Assembly: GCA_020438105.1 (NCBI GenBank)
Contig: JAGQVE010000003.1
Span: forward strand, 43,123 to 107,122
Length of the DNA: 64,000 nucleotides
DNA from: Bacteroidales bacterium
GTDB lineage: Bacteria > Bacteroidota > Bacteroidia > Bacteroidales > JAADJA01
Direction: 5' to 3'
Below are positions 39,173 to 48,255 of this stretch, piece after piece. The notes below the pieces were generated by a model. It saw only the letters and a list, made by a program, of their open reading frames with translations. It was not told the DNA's origin and made no database searches. Position 1 is the stretch's first letter; each line of letters begins with the position of its first letter. Both the position numbers and the translations under genes were made by a program.

Positions 39173-39764
39173 TGTATTGTTTGTTAGTTTGAGTATGCCT
39201 GCTTAATTCATGAAACTCAGGATCATTTTTAATACTAATGACAAGTTTCTCTTTACACTGATGTTTCCGTTTTTTTGCATATTGCTCACTCTTAAATCCT
39301 AAAATTCTTGCTATCTCCTTTAATGGGATTCTGGCAAGAAAAAGTTCCAGTACCTTCTGACAGCTAAAGCTTAATCTTTTAAAATGCGTTTGATAAAGCT
39401 TGTACCTTTCATTCAGATCATATAAAACGAGGATGCTTTCATCAAGTGTTACAAAGTTTTCAGCATCTTCCGTATATTGTTTCCAGAGTTTCCTTTTTTC
39501 GAGCTGTTTGAGCCAAAGCAATCTGCTGACGGAATACAAATAAGTATTAAAAGAACATGTTAGTTTCAGATTATCATGTTGAAGTTTTTGGAAAATAACT
39601 AACATTGCGTCCTGATAGATGTCTTTCGCATCTTCTCTGGAACCCTGGTTTTGAGTGATAAAAACCTTTATCTGATGATAATAGTTTTTATAAATAAAAT
39701 CCAGAACATTAGTGTCTTTGTCTCTAATACCACTCAGTATTTCTTCAACCGTATATTCTTGCAC
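39165..39764 (-). CDS. ECF-type (sigma-70 family) RNA polymerase sigma factor
   Basis: 199 aa with region 2 (DAKDIYQDAMLVIFQKL) and a region 4 HTH (LKEIARILGFKSEQYAKKRKHQCKEKL). GTG start. Confidence 0.8.
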   Translation of the reverse strand: MQEYTVEEILSGIRDKDTNVLDFIYKNYYHQIKVFITQNQGSREDAKDIYQDAMLVIFQKLQHDNLKLTCSFNTYLYSVSRLLWLKQLEKRKLWKQYTEDAENFVTLDESILVLYDLNERYKLYQTHFKRLSFSCQKVLELFLARIPLKEIARILGFKSEQYAKKRKHQCKEKLVISIKNDPEFHELSRHTQTNKQYNG

Positions 39765-40060
39765 TATTCCTCTATTTATTCTAATTTTGAATTAAAGGTT
39801 ACCCTCTTGATTAAACAATTTTTACAAATTTCTTATTTCAATAAAGCTCATTAATTTATCAGTAAAAGGGTTGTGATTGATCCACTGGGATTATCCACTC
39901 CAATAGTTAAGGATAATTTCAGATTTCAATATTCCCAAGCTTATGTGATTAATTAAATGGGTAGTACGTTACAAAAAGGAAATAGTTTGAAATGGATTGT
40001 AGAAATTAATTAAATTTTTTTTATTGGTTTTATGGAATCTTTTGACAAAAAAAGATTGAC

Positions 40061-42211
40061 TTAATCCACAGACAATCGGGATGATTTGATGAGTATCCAC
40101 AACCCTGTTAAAAAGTTAATACTTCCCAAAATAAGGCAAACCTTAATAATACCAAAAATTGGAACCAGAATCACCGCTGCTATGAGCGCACCCAGCGCAC
40201 TTCCAAGTAAATCTGAACTATATGCTGAAGATGCAGTATTTGATATTGTATCTATTCGGAGTTTGGTGCCAATTGCAAACTGAGTTCCTGTAAGCATTCC
40301 CGTTAATAAAATAAAAATCACAAAAACAGATTGTGTTATCAGATTTCCGGGATGGCTGACCTTTATTGTTGTGAGAACCAATGGCATTAATATCGCAAAA
40401 ATTCCTATTGCATACTGAAGCAGGCTGTAGGTCCTTAAGTTGTCATTAAATTTCTTATGTAAATACAAAGAACCAATGGCAAGGCCTATCATAAAAACCG
40501 TAATTAAAATGCCGATTACGAAGTAAATATAACCATAAATAACCTGGAAGGCAATTAACAATATCAACTCAAGACTCGTAGCTGTAAATCCTGTTGTAAA
40601 TAATCCTAAATTGACAATATGAAGCCGAGGAATAATAAGTATTATAATAACCAGTAAAATTAATGCCACAAGTATCGTGTTAAATCGCGATTTGTTAAAC
40701 CATTCATTTTTATGCAGTATAAATGATACTGGCATAAAATCATAGTTGATGGTTATATCATCTGTAATTGTTTCCTCTATTTGTAATCGCTTTTCATTAA
40801 TAAAGTTGTCATCCAGGTAATTTGGGTTGATGTACTTATTAATCACTCCTTTCATTCGTGATAACCCACCAATTTCTGCCGATACAAGCCCATCAGATGC
40901 AAGAAAGTGGTTTCGCATTCCGGGAATTATAATAACATTATCAAAAATCAGATTCAATGTTGAATATAATGTATTATGTAATTGTTTTCCTTCATCGCTC
41001 AATAATCCTGCTGATGATGATAAACTCAAAGAAACTATACCTGAAGGTGATAGCTTGTGTTTTAACTCTTCAAAAAACTCAAGGGTGTAATACCTGTTTA
41101 TGTTAGTATTTATTGGATCTGGAAGGTTGATTATTACGACGTCGTAAACCTTGTTATAATCATTTAAAAACCTCCTTGGGTCTTGCTTAATAATCTGGAT
41201 TTTTTTATTGTCAAGATTTTGAGAACTTCCATATTTACTCGTTAAGCTAAACAAGGTAGTGTTAATCTCAAAATAGTCAAGACTTTTAATATTATATTTT
41301 AAGATCTCTCGTGATGTACCTTCAATTCCTCCTGAAATAAGCAAAATGTTTTCAGGGTTTGGATGTTGAAGCATTGCGAAATGAATATCCTCTTCAAATT
41401 CAACGGTATTATCATTGGAATATAAAAGGGTTCCGTTTTCAAAAAAGCTATACTGACCTGCAATTTCAGTTACTACAATCTCCCCATAAGCACTATCTTT
41501 TTGATCTATAATTTTCTGATTATTATAAATGAGGTTTAGGGTGATACTGTTTATGTCAATCATCATCACTGCTCCGGCAAGCAAAATCGTTGTAATACCT
41601 GCAATTCGGGTAGTGGAGTTGCCCTGAATTTTATACGAAAGATATAGTGCTGTGCCAAAATTTATGATCATTAATAATTTTAAACTGAAGATGGAATTGA
41701 AAAGGAAGATCAATAGAAAATTAAAAATAATTCCTCCTGTTATGCTTCCGATAGCCTCAAATGAATAAATGTTGTTGATTTGATTGGTATAACCCATTAC
41801 TGAAATTTGGGTACTGAAGTAAGTAAACAAAATCCCGGAAAGTAGACAAAAGGGAAGCATCAAAAGAAGTGTGCCAAATAATATCTGTCCTAAATTGAAT
41901 ATTACGCCTGTGGGGAATAATGCATAACGTAGATAGAAAACAAAAAAAACAGTTAGTAACGGTAATATTCCCATAAGAAGATGGGCAATAAAAACAAATA
42001 GCGGCTTGTTTTCAATATTTTTTGTCCTTCGGCCCAGATAGGCACCCAGCGCGGTTAATATCATCCAGTTTGAGAGAACAATTCCAATAATGAGCTCATT
42101 TCCATTGAAAATTGATAAAAACAACCTCAACAGTATTATTTGAGTTATCATCGTTGTAAAACCAATAATGAAAACAGAAAATTTTATGTTGTTTTCACTA
42201 CTTAATCGCAT
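40061..42211 (-). CDS. Polytopic membrane protein with an embedded spermidine synthase-like (aminopropyltransferase fold) domain
   Basis: 716 aa with about 7-8 N-terminal TMs. The central domain reads ILLISGGIEGTSREIL...VYDVVIINLPDPINTNINRYYTLEFFEELKHKLSPSGIV. About 6 TMs follow at the C-terminus. Confidence 0.7.
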   Translation of the reverse strand: MRLSSENNIKFSVFIIGFTTMITQIILLRLFLSIFNGNELIIGIVLSNWMILTALGAYLGRRTKNIENKPLFVFIAHLLMGILPLLTVFFVFYLRYALFPTGVIFNLGQILFGTLLLMLPFCLLSGILFTYFSTQISVMGYTNQINNIYSFEAIGSITGGIIFNFLLIFLFNSIFSLKLLMIINFGTALYLSYKIQGNSTTRIAGITTILLAGAVMMIDINSITLNLIYNNQKIIDQKDSAYGEIVVTEIAGQYSFFENGTLLYSNDNTVEFEEDIHFAMLQHPNPENILLISGGIEGTSREILKYNIKSLDYFEINTTLFSLTSKYGSSQNLDNKKIQIIKQDPRRFLNDYNKVYDVVIINLPDPINTNINRYYTLEFFEELKHKLSPSGIVSLSLSSSAGLLSDEGKQLHNTLYSTLNLIFDNVIIIPGMRNHFLASDGLVSAEIGGLSRMKGVINKYINPNYLDDNFINEKRLQIEETITDDITINYDFMPVSFILHKNEWFNKSRFNTILVALILLVIIILIIPRLHIVNLGLFTTGFTATSLELILLIAFQVIYGYIYFVIGILITVFMIGLAIGSLYLHKKFNDNLRTYSLLQYAIGIFAILMPLVLTTIKVSHPGNLITQSVFVIFILLTGMLTGTQFAIGTKLRIDTISNTASSAYSSDLLGSALGALIAAVILVPIFGIIKVCLILGSINFLTGLWILIKSSRLSVD

Positions 42212-42332
42212 CTGAAATGTTTTGTCGCAATTTTAAACGTTTTAATTGCTCTCTAAGGTACGATATATCTGTTTAATTTTGGAAATTTCCCCTTAATTTC
42301 ATTTTGGTGCATTTCAATGACGCATGGGTTGG

Positions 42333-42719
42333 TTAAAGTTTATCCAAAACTCTTTCAAGTCGATCTCCGGCTTCATGTGCCAGAACTTCGAGTCCGGCAC
42401 TCCCTATTTGCGACATCAATGCTTTAGCATTCATAATTGCAATTTCGATTTTACCTTCCCCCTGGTCTATTACAATAACATTGCAGGGTAACAATGTGCC
42501 AATTTTATCTTCTGATTGAAAAGCCCGAAGTGCAAGATGCGGATTACAGGCACCAAGAATTACATAGTCTTTGTAATCAATATCAAGCTTCTTTTTCAAG
42601 GTGTCTTTAACATTGATCTCAGTCAGTACTCCAAATCCTTCTTCCTTGAGAAGTTCAGTAGCTTTATTGATGACATTTTTGAAATCACCATTCACAATTT
42701 TACTGATGTAATATTCCAT
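42333..42719 (-). CDS. DUF302 domain protein
   Basis: 128 aa: GFGVLTEINVKDTLKKKL...YVILGACNPHLA...LPCNVIV. The family call is from memory. Confidence 0.7.
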   Translation of the reverse strand: MEYYISKIVNGDFKNVINKATELLKEEGFGVLTEINVKDTLKKKLDIDYKDYVILGACNPHLALRAFQSEDKIGTLLPCNVIVIDQGEGKIEIAIMNAKALMSQIGSAGLEVLAHEAGDRLERVLDKL

Positions 42720-42916
42720 GAATTTTAGTTTTTGTTTTCGTTTATTCTGATGGTTAGCAATCTTTCTTTTTCTTTTAGGATTTTTAACTCCTTTTGAAAT
42801 TTGTCCTAACTTTTTTGCCTGTTAAGAACCGATTCCAGTTCAATGATCCGCATGGATATTTGATATCTCTGTTTTTTAAGCTTATCCACCATTTTCATAC
42901 TGCAAAATTAACCAAT

Positions 42917-43642
42917 TTAACCGCTTTTGAATAATTCAAATGGTACTCTTTTATGTATTTGAATATATGGCGGATTAGTTATTGTTTGGTAAGCAATTAC
43001 TTCCACTCCATTATCAATTGCTCTTTCGAGTGCTGCGGCGTATTCAGGGTCAACTGATCTTGCGACACTTAATATTTCTATATCCGTTCGTTGTATGAGG
43101 TAAAAAATGATGGCCCGAAATCCCTGTTTTTTCGCCCTTATCAGTGAATATAGATGCTTTGTCCCTCTGCTTGATACTGAGTCAGGAAACAGTGCATATT
43201 TCCCAACTTTATAAGTTACATTTTTTATCTCGATGAAGCATTTTTCAGTATAATTTTCAGCATATATATCAAACCTGCTATCTTCAAATGTAACTTCACG
43301 GAAAAAATTTATATATCCCTTGATTTCCGGTATGTAATTTTGTTCTAAGGCTTCGTATACTAATTGATTTGGCAACAATGTATTAATGCCAACCCAACCG
43401 GAATCAATATTTATTAATTCCCAGGTGTATTTCGTTTTTCGGTTAGGATTATTGCTGGTTGACAGGTAAACATCAGCACCGGGTTCAATGCAGGATTTCA
43501 TACTTCCCGAGTTGGTGCAATGTGCCACAACGATGTCGCCATTAGATAATTCTACATCAGCCAGAAATCGTTTATATCGTTTAATTAGTTTTCCCTTTAT
43601 CAATGGTTCGGGAAAAGTGTATTTAAATACTTTTTTTGGCAA
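42917..43642 (-). CDS. sfsA: Sugar fermentation stimulation protein A homolog (DNA/RNA nuclease SfsA)
   Basis: 241 aa: GKLIKRYKRFLADVELSNGDIVVAHCTNSGSM. Confidence 0.88.
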   Translation of the reverse strand: MPKKVFKYTFPEPLIKGKLIKRYKRFLADVELSNGDIVVAHCTNSGSMKSCIEPGADVYLSTSNNPNRKTKYTWELINIDSGWVGINTLLPNQLVYEALEQNYIPEIKGYINFFREVTFEDSRFDIYAENYTEKCFIEIKNVTYKVGKYALFPDSVSSRGTKHLYSLIRAKKQGFRAIIFYLIQRTDIEILSVARSVDPEYAAALERAIDNGVEVIAYQTITNPPYIQIHKRVPFELFKSG

Positions 43643-44105
43643 TTTGTTCTGACAATTCTGAAACTTTCATTAATGCGGCTGAACCGTACCAGGGGTGCAA
43701 TTCCATTACTAATCTTCCGGATTGAATTGCGGGATCTGTTTCAGTTAAAGCTTTTGCCTCTTCTACAGTTTCTACATCGAAAATGTAAATTCCCCTGATC
43801 TCCCCGGAATCCAAAAAAGGCCCGGCCAAAACAAGTGTACCTTCTTCAGCCATCCTCATAATATTGTCAAGGTGTGCGCGTTGCAGTTGTGCTGCCGCTG
43901 CTGAGTCCTGATCACGATTTGGTCCTCTCTTTAAAAAGGCCATCACATATTTTTTCATACCATAATCATCGGCTCCCAATTTCATTGCCATGATGGAGTC
44001 GTACCCAGGCTTTTCTGATTCTGCTTGAATCTCTTTTTGGGGCTCAACTTGTCCGCAGGCTGAAAACAAAATTATTATTCCGAGATACATTAAATAGTTT
44101 TTCAT
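43623..44105 (-). CDS. YciI-like family lipoprotein
   Basis: 160 aa with lipobox LFSAC and a YCII-related domain (LAGPFLD...GIYIFDVETVEEAKALTETDPAIQSG). Confidence 0.6.
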   Translation of the reverse strand: MKNYLMYLGIIILFSACGQVEPQKEIQAESEKPGYDSIMAMKLGADDYGMKKYVMAFLKRGPNRDQDSAAAAQLQRAHLDNIMRMAEEGTLVLAGPFLDSGEIRGIYIFDVETVEEAKALTETDPAIQSGRLVMELHPWYGSAALMKVSELSEQIAKKSI

Positions 44106-44228
44106 GTTCTATTAATTTGATTTAACAAAAATAATGTTAATAAACAGATATATATCTATTTATATCTTAAAGAATGTTTTTAACTATCTTTGCGCAGCTT
44201 ATTCGTATCGGGTAAATTTACAAAAACA

Positions 44229-44450
44229 ATGACGCTGATTTATTCACTGATATGCTTTTATACCGGGCAGATTTTGTTCAAAAATATTGCTACTGAAATT
44301 AAAAGGCGCAATCTAAAAGTTGGTGATTCCTGCAAAGTATACATCGGTGAAAGAAAAATTGAAGGTTTGGTGTTAAAGATTAGCCAAGAAATTGAAATAT
44401 GGGTCAGCAATAAGGTAATTCTAGCCCAGAGAAATCAGATATACATTTGA
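44229..44450 (+). CDS. Hypothetical small protein
   Basis: The track ORF starts at a TTG (44190). An ATG at 44229 gives 73 aa with a hydrophobic N-terminus. No family recognised. Confidence 0.3.
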   Translation: MTLIYSLICFYTGQILFKNIATEIKRRNLKVGDSCKVYIGERKIEGLVLKISQEIEIWVSNKVILAQRNQIYI

Positions 44451-44468
44451 TAAAACCATTCTGGTTTT

Positions 44469-45059
44469 TTAGTTCAAATTTGGATCAGAAGGGAAGTTGA
44501 TCCAGTAGGAATAATCACCACCTAATTTTGATAAAGATTTATCCCAAAGTTTTTGAGTATTCGAGGCCATGACCTGCGACGGACGGATATTGGCCACCAG
44601 CCACGAATTCCGTTCGAGTTCGCCCTCCAGTTGGTTGGTAACCCACCCCGCATATCCTACATAAAATTTGATTTGATTGGGTTGTAATTTCCCTATCATG
44701 ATCAATTCTTTAACATGTTCAATTTCACCTCCCCAATACAACCCATCCAGGATTTCCATACTGTTTTCGATTAAATTTCCCTGGGTATGGATAAAATATA
44801 AATTGTCTGTTTTAACAGGTCCGCCAAGATAAACCCTGGCATTAAACTCAGGAAAACCCTTGATCATCTCATGAAGAAACATATCTACAGGTTTGTTTAA
44901 AATTAACCCGAAACTACCTTCTTCATTGTGTTCAGCAAGTAATACTACCGACCTTTTGAAATAATAGTCATTTAAGAAGGGTTCTGAAATCAGAATTTTA
45001 CCTTTGGATGGTTGAATATTGTTGGTTCGTATTTTTAATATATTATTGAGGTCAGCCAT
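44469..45059 (-). CDS. YqgE/AlgH family (UPF0301) putative transcriptional regulator
   Basis: 196 aa: GKILISEPFLNDYYFKRSVVLLAEHNEEGSFGLILNKP. Confidence 0.85.
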   Translation of the reverse strand: MADLNNILKIRTNNIQPSKGKILISEPFLNDYYFKRSVVLLAEHNEEGSFGLILNKPVDMFLHEMIKGFPEFNARVYLGGPVKTDNLYFIHTQGNLIENSMEILDGLYWGGEIEHVKELIMIGKLQPNQIKFYVGYAGWVTNQLEGELERNSWLVANIRPSQVMASNTQKLWDKSLSKLGGDYSYWINFPSDPNLN

Positions 45060-45130
45060 TTTCAGCGTATTTTTGTCGTTTAGTTCGATTTAAGTTGGTT
45101 GATCAGAATCAAAAAGTATACCAGTAAATT

Positions 45131-46495
45131 GTGAATAAAAATAATCAAAATAAGTATACCGGCTTTCGTAAAAACTACTCGAAATTTATTTATGAGGATT
45201 TTTCAATTGTTGATAACCCGCAGGAAATAGCTGTTAAATACTTCTTTTCAGTGGATGACCGGCATAAATTCACCCCTTCATTTTCAATATCAAAAAGGGG
45301 CAATTCCTGGTCAACTTATGATAAGGATTTTTTGGAGAATTTAGTTTTCCAAATTGGTTTGGTTGAACTGATAAGTTATTGGAAAGCTATTTGCCCGAAG
45401 GAGGTTATTATTAAAGCAGGAAAACTTGATGAGTCACAAATTGAATTCTGGAAAAAGTTATATTTTAACGGCCTTGGTGAGTTTTTCTACTTAAATGGTA
45501 TTGAGGCCGATTTTGACAATTTTATGGTATTGTACTCAGAGTCGGAAAGGGAATTTAAAAAATCTTTCACCGAAACAACTAACCAACAGGTAATAGTTCC
45601 AATTGGAGGTGGAAAGGATTCGGCTGTGACCCTGGAATTATTGAAAGAAAAAATGTCAGTCATTCCATTTATTGTGAATCCCCGAAAAGCAAGTTTGGAT
45701 ACCGTCAAAATTGCCGGATTTGACAGCAACAAGACTTTTGAAATTCAACGAACGATTGATCCGCACTTGATTAAACTGAATAACGAAGGGTTTTTAAATG
45801 GACATACACCCTTTTCAGCATTGCTTGCTTTCATGACAGTTCTGGCGGCTGTCATCACCAATTCAAAATTCATCGCATTGTCCAATGAATCAAGTGCAAA
45901 TGAACCTACCGTTAGCACCGGAGCCAACCATCAGTATTCGAAATCATTTGAATTTGAATTGGATTTCAGAAATTATTGCAAAAGTTACTTATCTGAAAAT
46001 ATTGAATATTTCAGTTTCCTGAGGCCATTAAATGAGTTTGGAATTGCACGCTTGTTTTCCGGAATGAAAAAATACCACGGGGCTTTCAGAAGCTGCAATG
46101 TTGGAAGTAAAACGGATTCATGGTGCGGAAAATGTCCGAAATGTTTGTTTACATTTATAATGCTTTCTCCTTTTATCGAAAATGAAAAGGTAAATCGGAT
46201 TTTTGGTAAAAACTTATTTGCGGACGAATCATTGATTCCTTTCCTGGATGAATTGACCGGTGTGGCTGATGAAAAGCCTTTTGAGTGTGTTGGGACAATT
46301 GATGAAGTAAATTTTGCACTTCATAAAACCCTGGAACGATATATTGGCCCCCTGCCTGCATTATTAAAATACTATCAAGAAAATCTGGATGGTGTTATAT
46401 TGAAGTTGGATAGGGTGGAGCACGAATTTGATCAAGACCATCATCTGGTCAGTCCTTTTAAAGAAATTTTAATCTCTGCTTTAAATGATCAATGA
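45131..46495 (+). CDS. PP-loop-type ATPase-like protein with a C-terminal Cys cluster; candidate UDP-MurNAc-L-Ala-L-Glu epimerase (MurL-like)
   Basis: 454 aa with a GTG start. It has a PP-loop-like motif VPIGGGKDSAV and a QueC-like Cys cluster CNVGSKTDSWCGKCPKC. It overlaps the downstream Mur ligase by 11 nt. The MurL assignment is an inference from context and memory. Confidence 0.5.
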   Translation: MNKNNQNKYTGFRKNYSKFIYEDFSIVDNPQEIAVKYFFSVDDRHKFTPSFSISKRGNSWSTYDKDFLENLVFQIGLVELISYWKAICPKEVIIKAGKLDESQIEFWKKLYFNGLGEFFYLNGIEADFDNFMVLYSESEREFKKSFTETTNQQVIVPIGGGKDSAVTLELLKEKMSVIPFIVNPRKASLDTVKIAGFDSNKTFEIQRTIDPHLIKLNNEGFLNGHTPFSALLAFMTVLAAVITNSKFIALSNESSANEPTVSTGANHQYSKSFEFELDFRNYCKSYLSENIEYFSFLRPLNEFGIARLFSGMKKYHGAFRSCNVGSKTDSWCGKCPKCLFTFIMLSPFIENEKVNRIFGKNLFADESLIPFLDELTGVADEKPFECVGTIDEVNFALHKTLERYIGPLPALLKYYQENLDGVILKLDRVEHEFDQDHHLVSPFKEILISALNDQ

Positions 46496-47864
46496 TCTGA
46501 AAAAATTTCTGAACGGAAAGCGAATCCTGATCCTGGGTTTTGGAATTGAAGGTAGGTCGACCTATGCGGTTTTAAATAAAATTGTAAGGCCTGAAATGCT
46601 TGGATTGGCTGATAGAAATGCTGATGTATTTGATGATTCGCAAAAGGAAAAACATCAGGTTTTTTTTGGTGAAAACTATCTGATTGCTTGTTTGAAGTAT
46701 GATCTGATCATAAAATCACCTGGAATCCCGGAGTCTGTTTTGCCGGCACTAAATGATAATTCATTGATCACTTCTCAAACCAATTTATTTTTAACCGCAT
46801 TCTCAAAACAAACCATTGGGATTACGGGGACGAAAGGCAAGAGCACAACTTCATCTTTGATTTATCATATCCTAAAAAAATATACCAATGATTGTGTATT
46901 GGTGGGTAACATCGGCAAACCGCCTTTTGACTACATTGAAAGTTTGACCGGCGAAACAGTCATCGTTTATGAAATGTCAGCTCATCAGCTTGTGGATGTT
47001 AAAGTTTCACCACATATTGCCATTATTCTCAATGTTTTTGAAGAACATCTGGATCATTACAATTCATTTCAGCACTATATACAAGCTAAACTTAACATTG
47101 GCGCCCATCAGACTAAAAATGATTTTTTAATCCTTAACGGTGACGATCCGATATTAAAAGGTGAGACTTTGAAGGAACATGCATCTGCCTTGATATCATT
47201 TTCACAAAAAGCCAAAAATGGAGACGGAGCCTTTGTAAAATCTGACAATGAGGTAATTTTAAATTTTGAAAATCAGGTTTTTGAATACGATTTCTCAAAC
47301 CGATCGGGTTTGCCTGGTTCACATAATTTGAACAACATTATGGCTGCGGTTTGTGCATGTCATATTATACACGTTCCGGAAGCAATTATTAATGAGGCGG
47401 TAAATGAATTTAAAGGTCTTGAACACCGTTTGGAGTATGTTGGTGAATTTGGTGCTGTTCATTTTTACAACGATTCCATTTCAACCATACCGGAGGCGAC
47501 AATTGCAGCTTTAAAAACCCTGGGAAAGGTTAATACCCTTATTTTGGGAGGTAAAGACCGCGGGATTAATTATCAGATACTCATCGACTATATTAAAGAT
47601 AATCCAGTCGAAAACCTCCTTTTTACCGGGCCTGCTGGAAAGCGTATGATGGAACTGTTTGAAAACGATCCAGGCTTTGAAGGCAAAACTTATTTTGTTG
47701 AACATTTTGCTCAAATGGAACCAATTCTAAGAGAAATTAGCAAACCAGGAGGGATTTGCCTTTTATCGCCTGCAGCTTCCAGTTATGATCAGTTTAAAAA
47801 TTTTGAGGAAAGGGGCAGGATATTTAAAAAAATAGCAGGAAACTTTGCGTTTCCTGCTTCCTAA
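46485..47864 (+). CDS. murD: MurD-family ligase (UDP-N-acetylmuramoyl-L-alanine--glutamate ligase), located outside the dcw cluster; candidate MurD2
   Basis: 459 aa with an N-terminal Rossmann-like ILILGFGIEGRS, the Mur ligase P-loop GITGTKGKSTT, and a C-terminal domain. None of mraY, ftsW or murG is adjacent. Confidence 0.8.
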   Translation: MINDLKKFLNGKRILILGFGIEGRSTYAVLNKIVRPEMLGLADRNADVFDDSQKEKHQVFFGENYLIACLKYDLIIKSPGIPESVLPALNDNSLITSQTNLFLTAFSKQTIGITGTKGKSTTSSLIYHILKKYTNDCVLVGNIGKPPFDYIESLTGETVIVYEMSAHQLVDVKVSPHIAIILNVFEEHLDHYNSFQHYIQAKLNIGAHQTKNDFLILNGDDPILKGETLKEHASALISFSQKAKNGDGAFVKSDNEVILNFENQVFEYDFSNRSGLPGSHNLNNIMAAVCACHIIHVPEAIINEAVNEFKGLEHRLEYVGEFGAVHFYNDSISTIPEATIAALKTLGKVNTLILGGKDRGINYQILIDYIKDNPVENLLFTGPAGKRMMELFENDPGFEGKTYFVEHFAQMEPILREISKPGGICLLSPAASSYDQFKNFEERGRIFKKIAGNFAFPAS

Positions 47865-47898
47865 ATTTAGCCATCAAAAACTAAACAACCTGAGAATT

Positions 47899-48213
47899 TT
47901 ATTTTTCTTCTTTGCTATCAGTATCTGATTTTTCTTCTTTTTTAGCTTTTGCCGAACTTTTTACTTTTGCTTCTGTCGTGTCTTCCTTGTTCGGTGTTGC
48001 TTTTTTTGCCTTAGAATCTTCAGCTTTTGTTTCTAATTCTTTTGGGGATACTTTTTCAATATCCTCTTTTTTCGCTGCCGGCTTCTTTTTGGGAGCTTCT
48101 TTTTTCCTGTCGGATGGTTTGAAATCCGTTATGCTGTTCTTGCGGGGGCGGAGCCTTCCGTAACTACCTTTGATAATTTTACCACGTTTTGTTTTTCTAT
48201 CGCCTTTTCCCAT
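47899..48213 (-). CDS. 30S ribosomal protein THX with a long Lys/Glu/Ala-rich C-terminal extension
   Basis: The N-terminus MGKGDRKTKRGKIIKGSYGRLRPRK matches the THX signature as I recall it. The remaining 75 or so aa are low-complexity K/E/A/S. Confidence 0.65.
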   Translation of the reverse strand: MGKGDRKTKRGKIIKGSYGRLRPRKNSITDFKPSDRKKEAPKKKPAAKKEDIEKVSPKELETKAEDSKAKKATPNKEDTTEAKVKSSAKAKKEEKSDTDSKEEK

Positions 48214-48255
48214 AAGCTAATTTTTTATTGATTAATATTCGAATACCGTGTAAAG

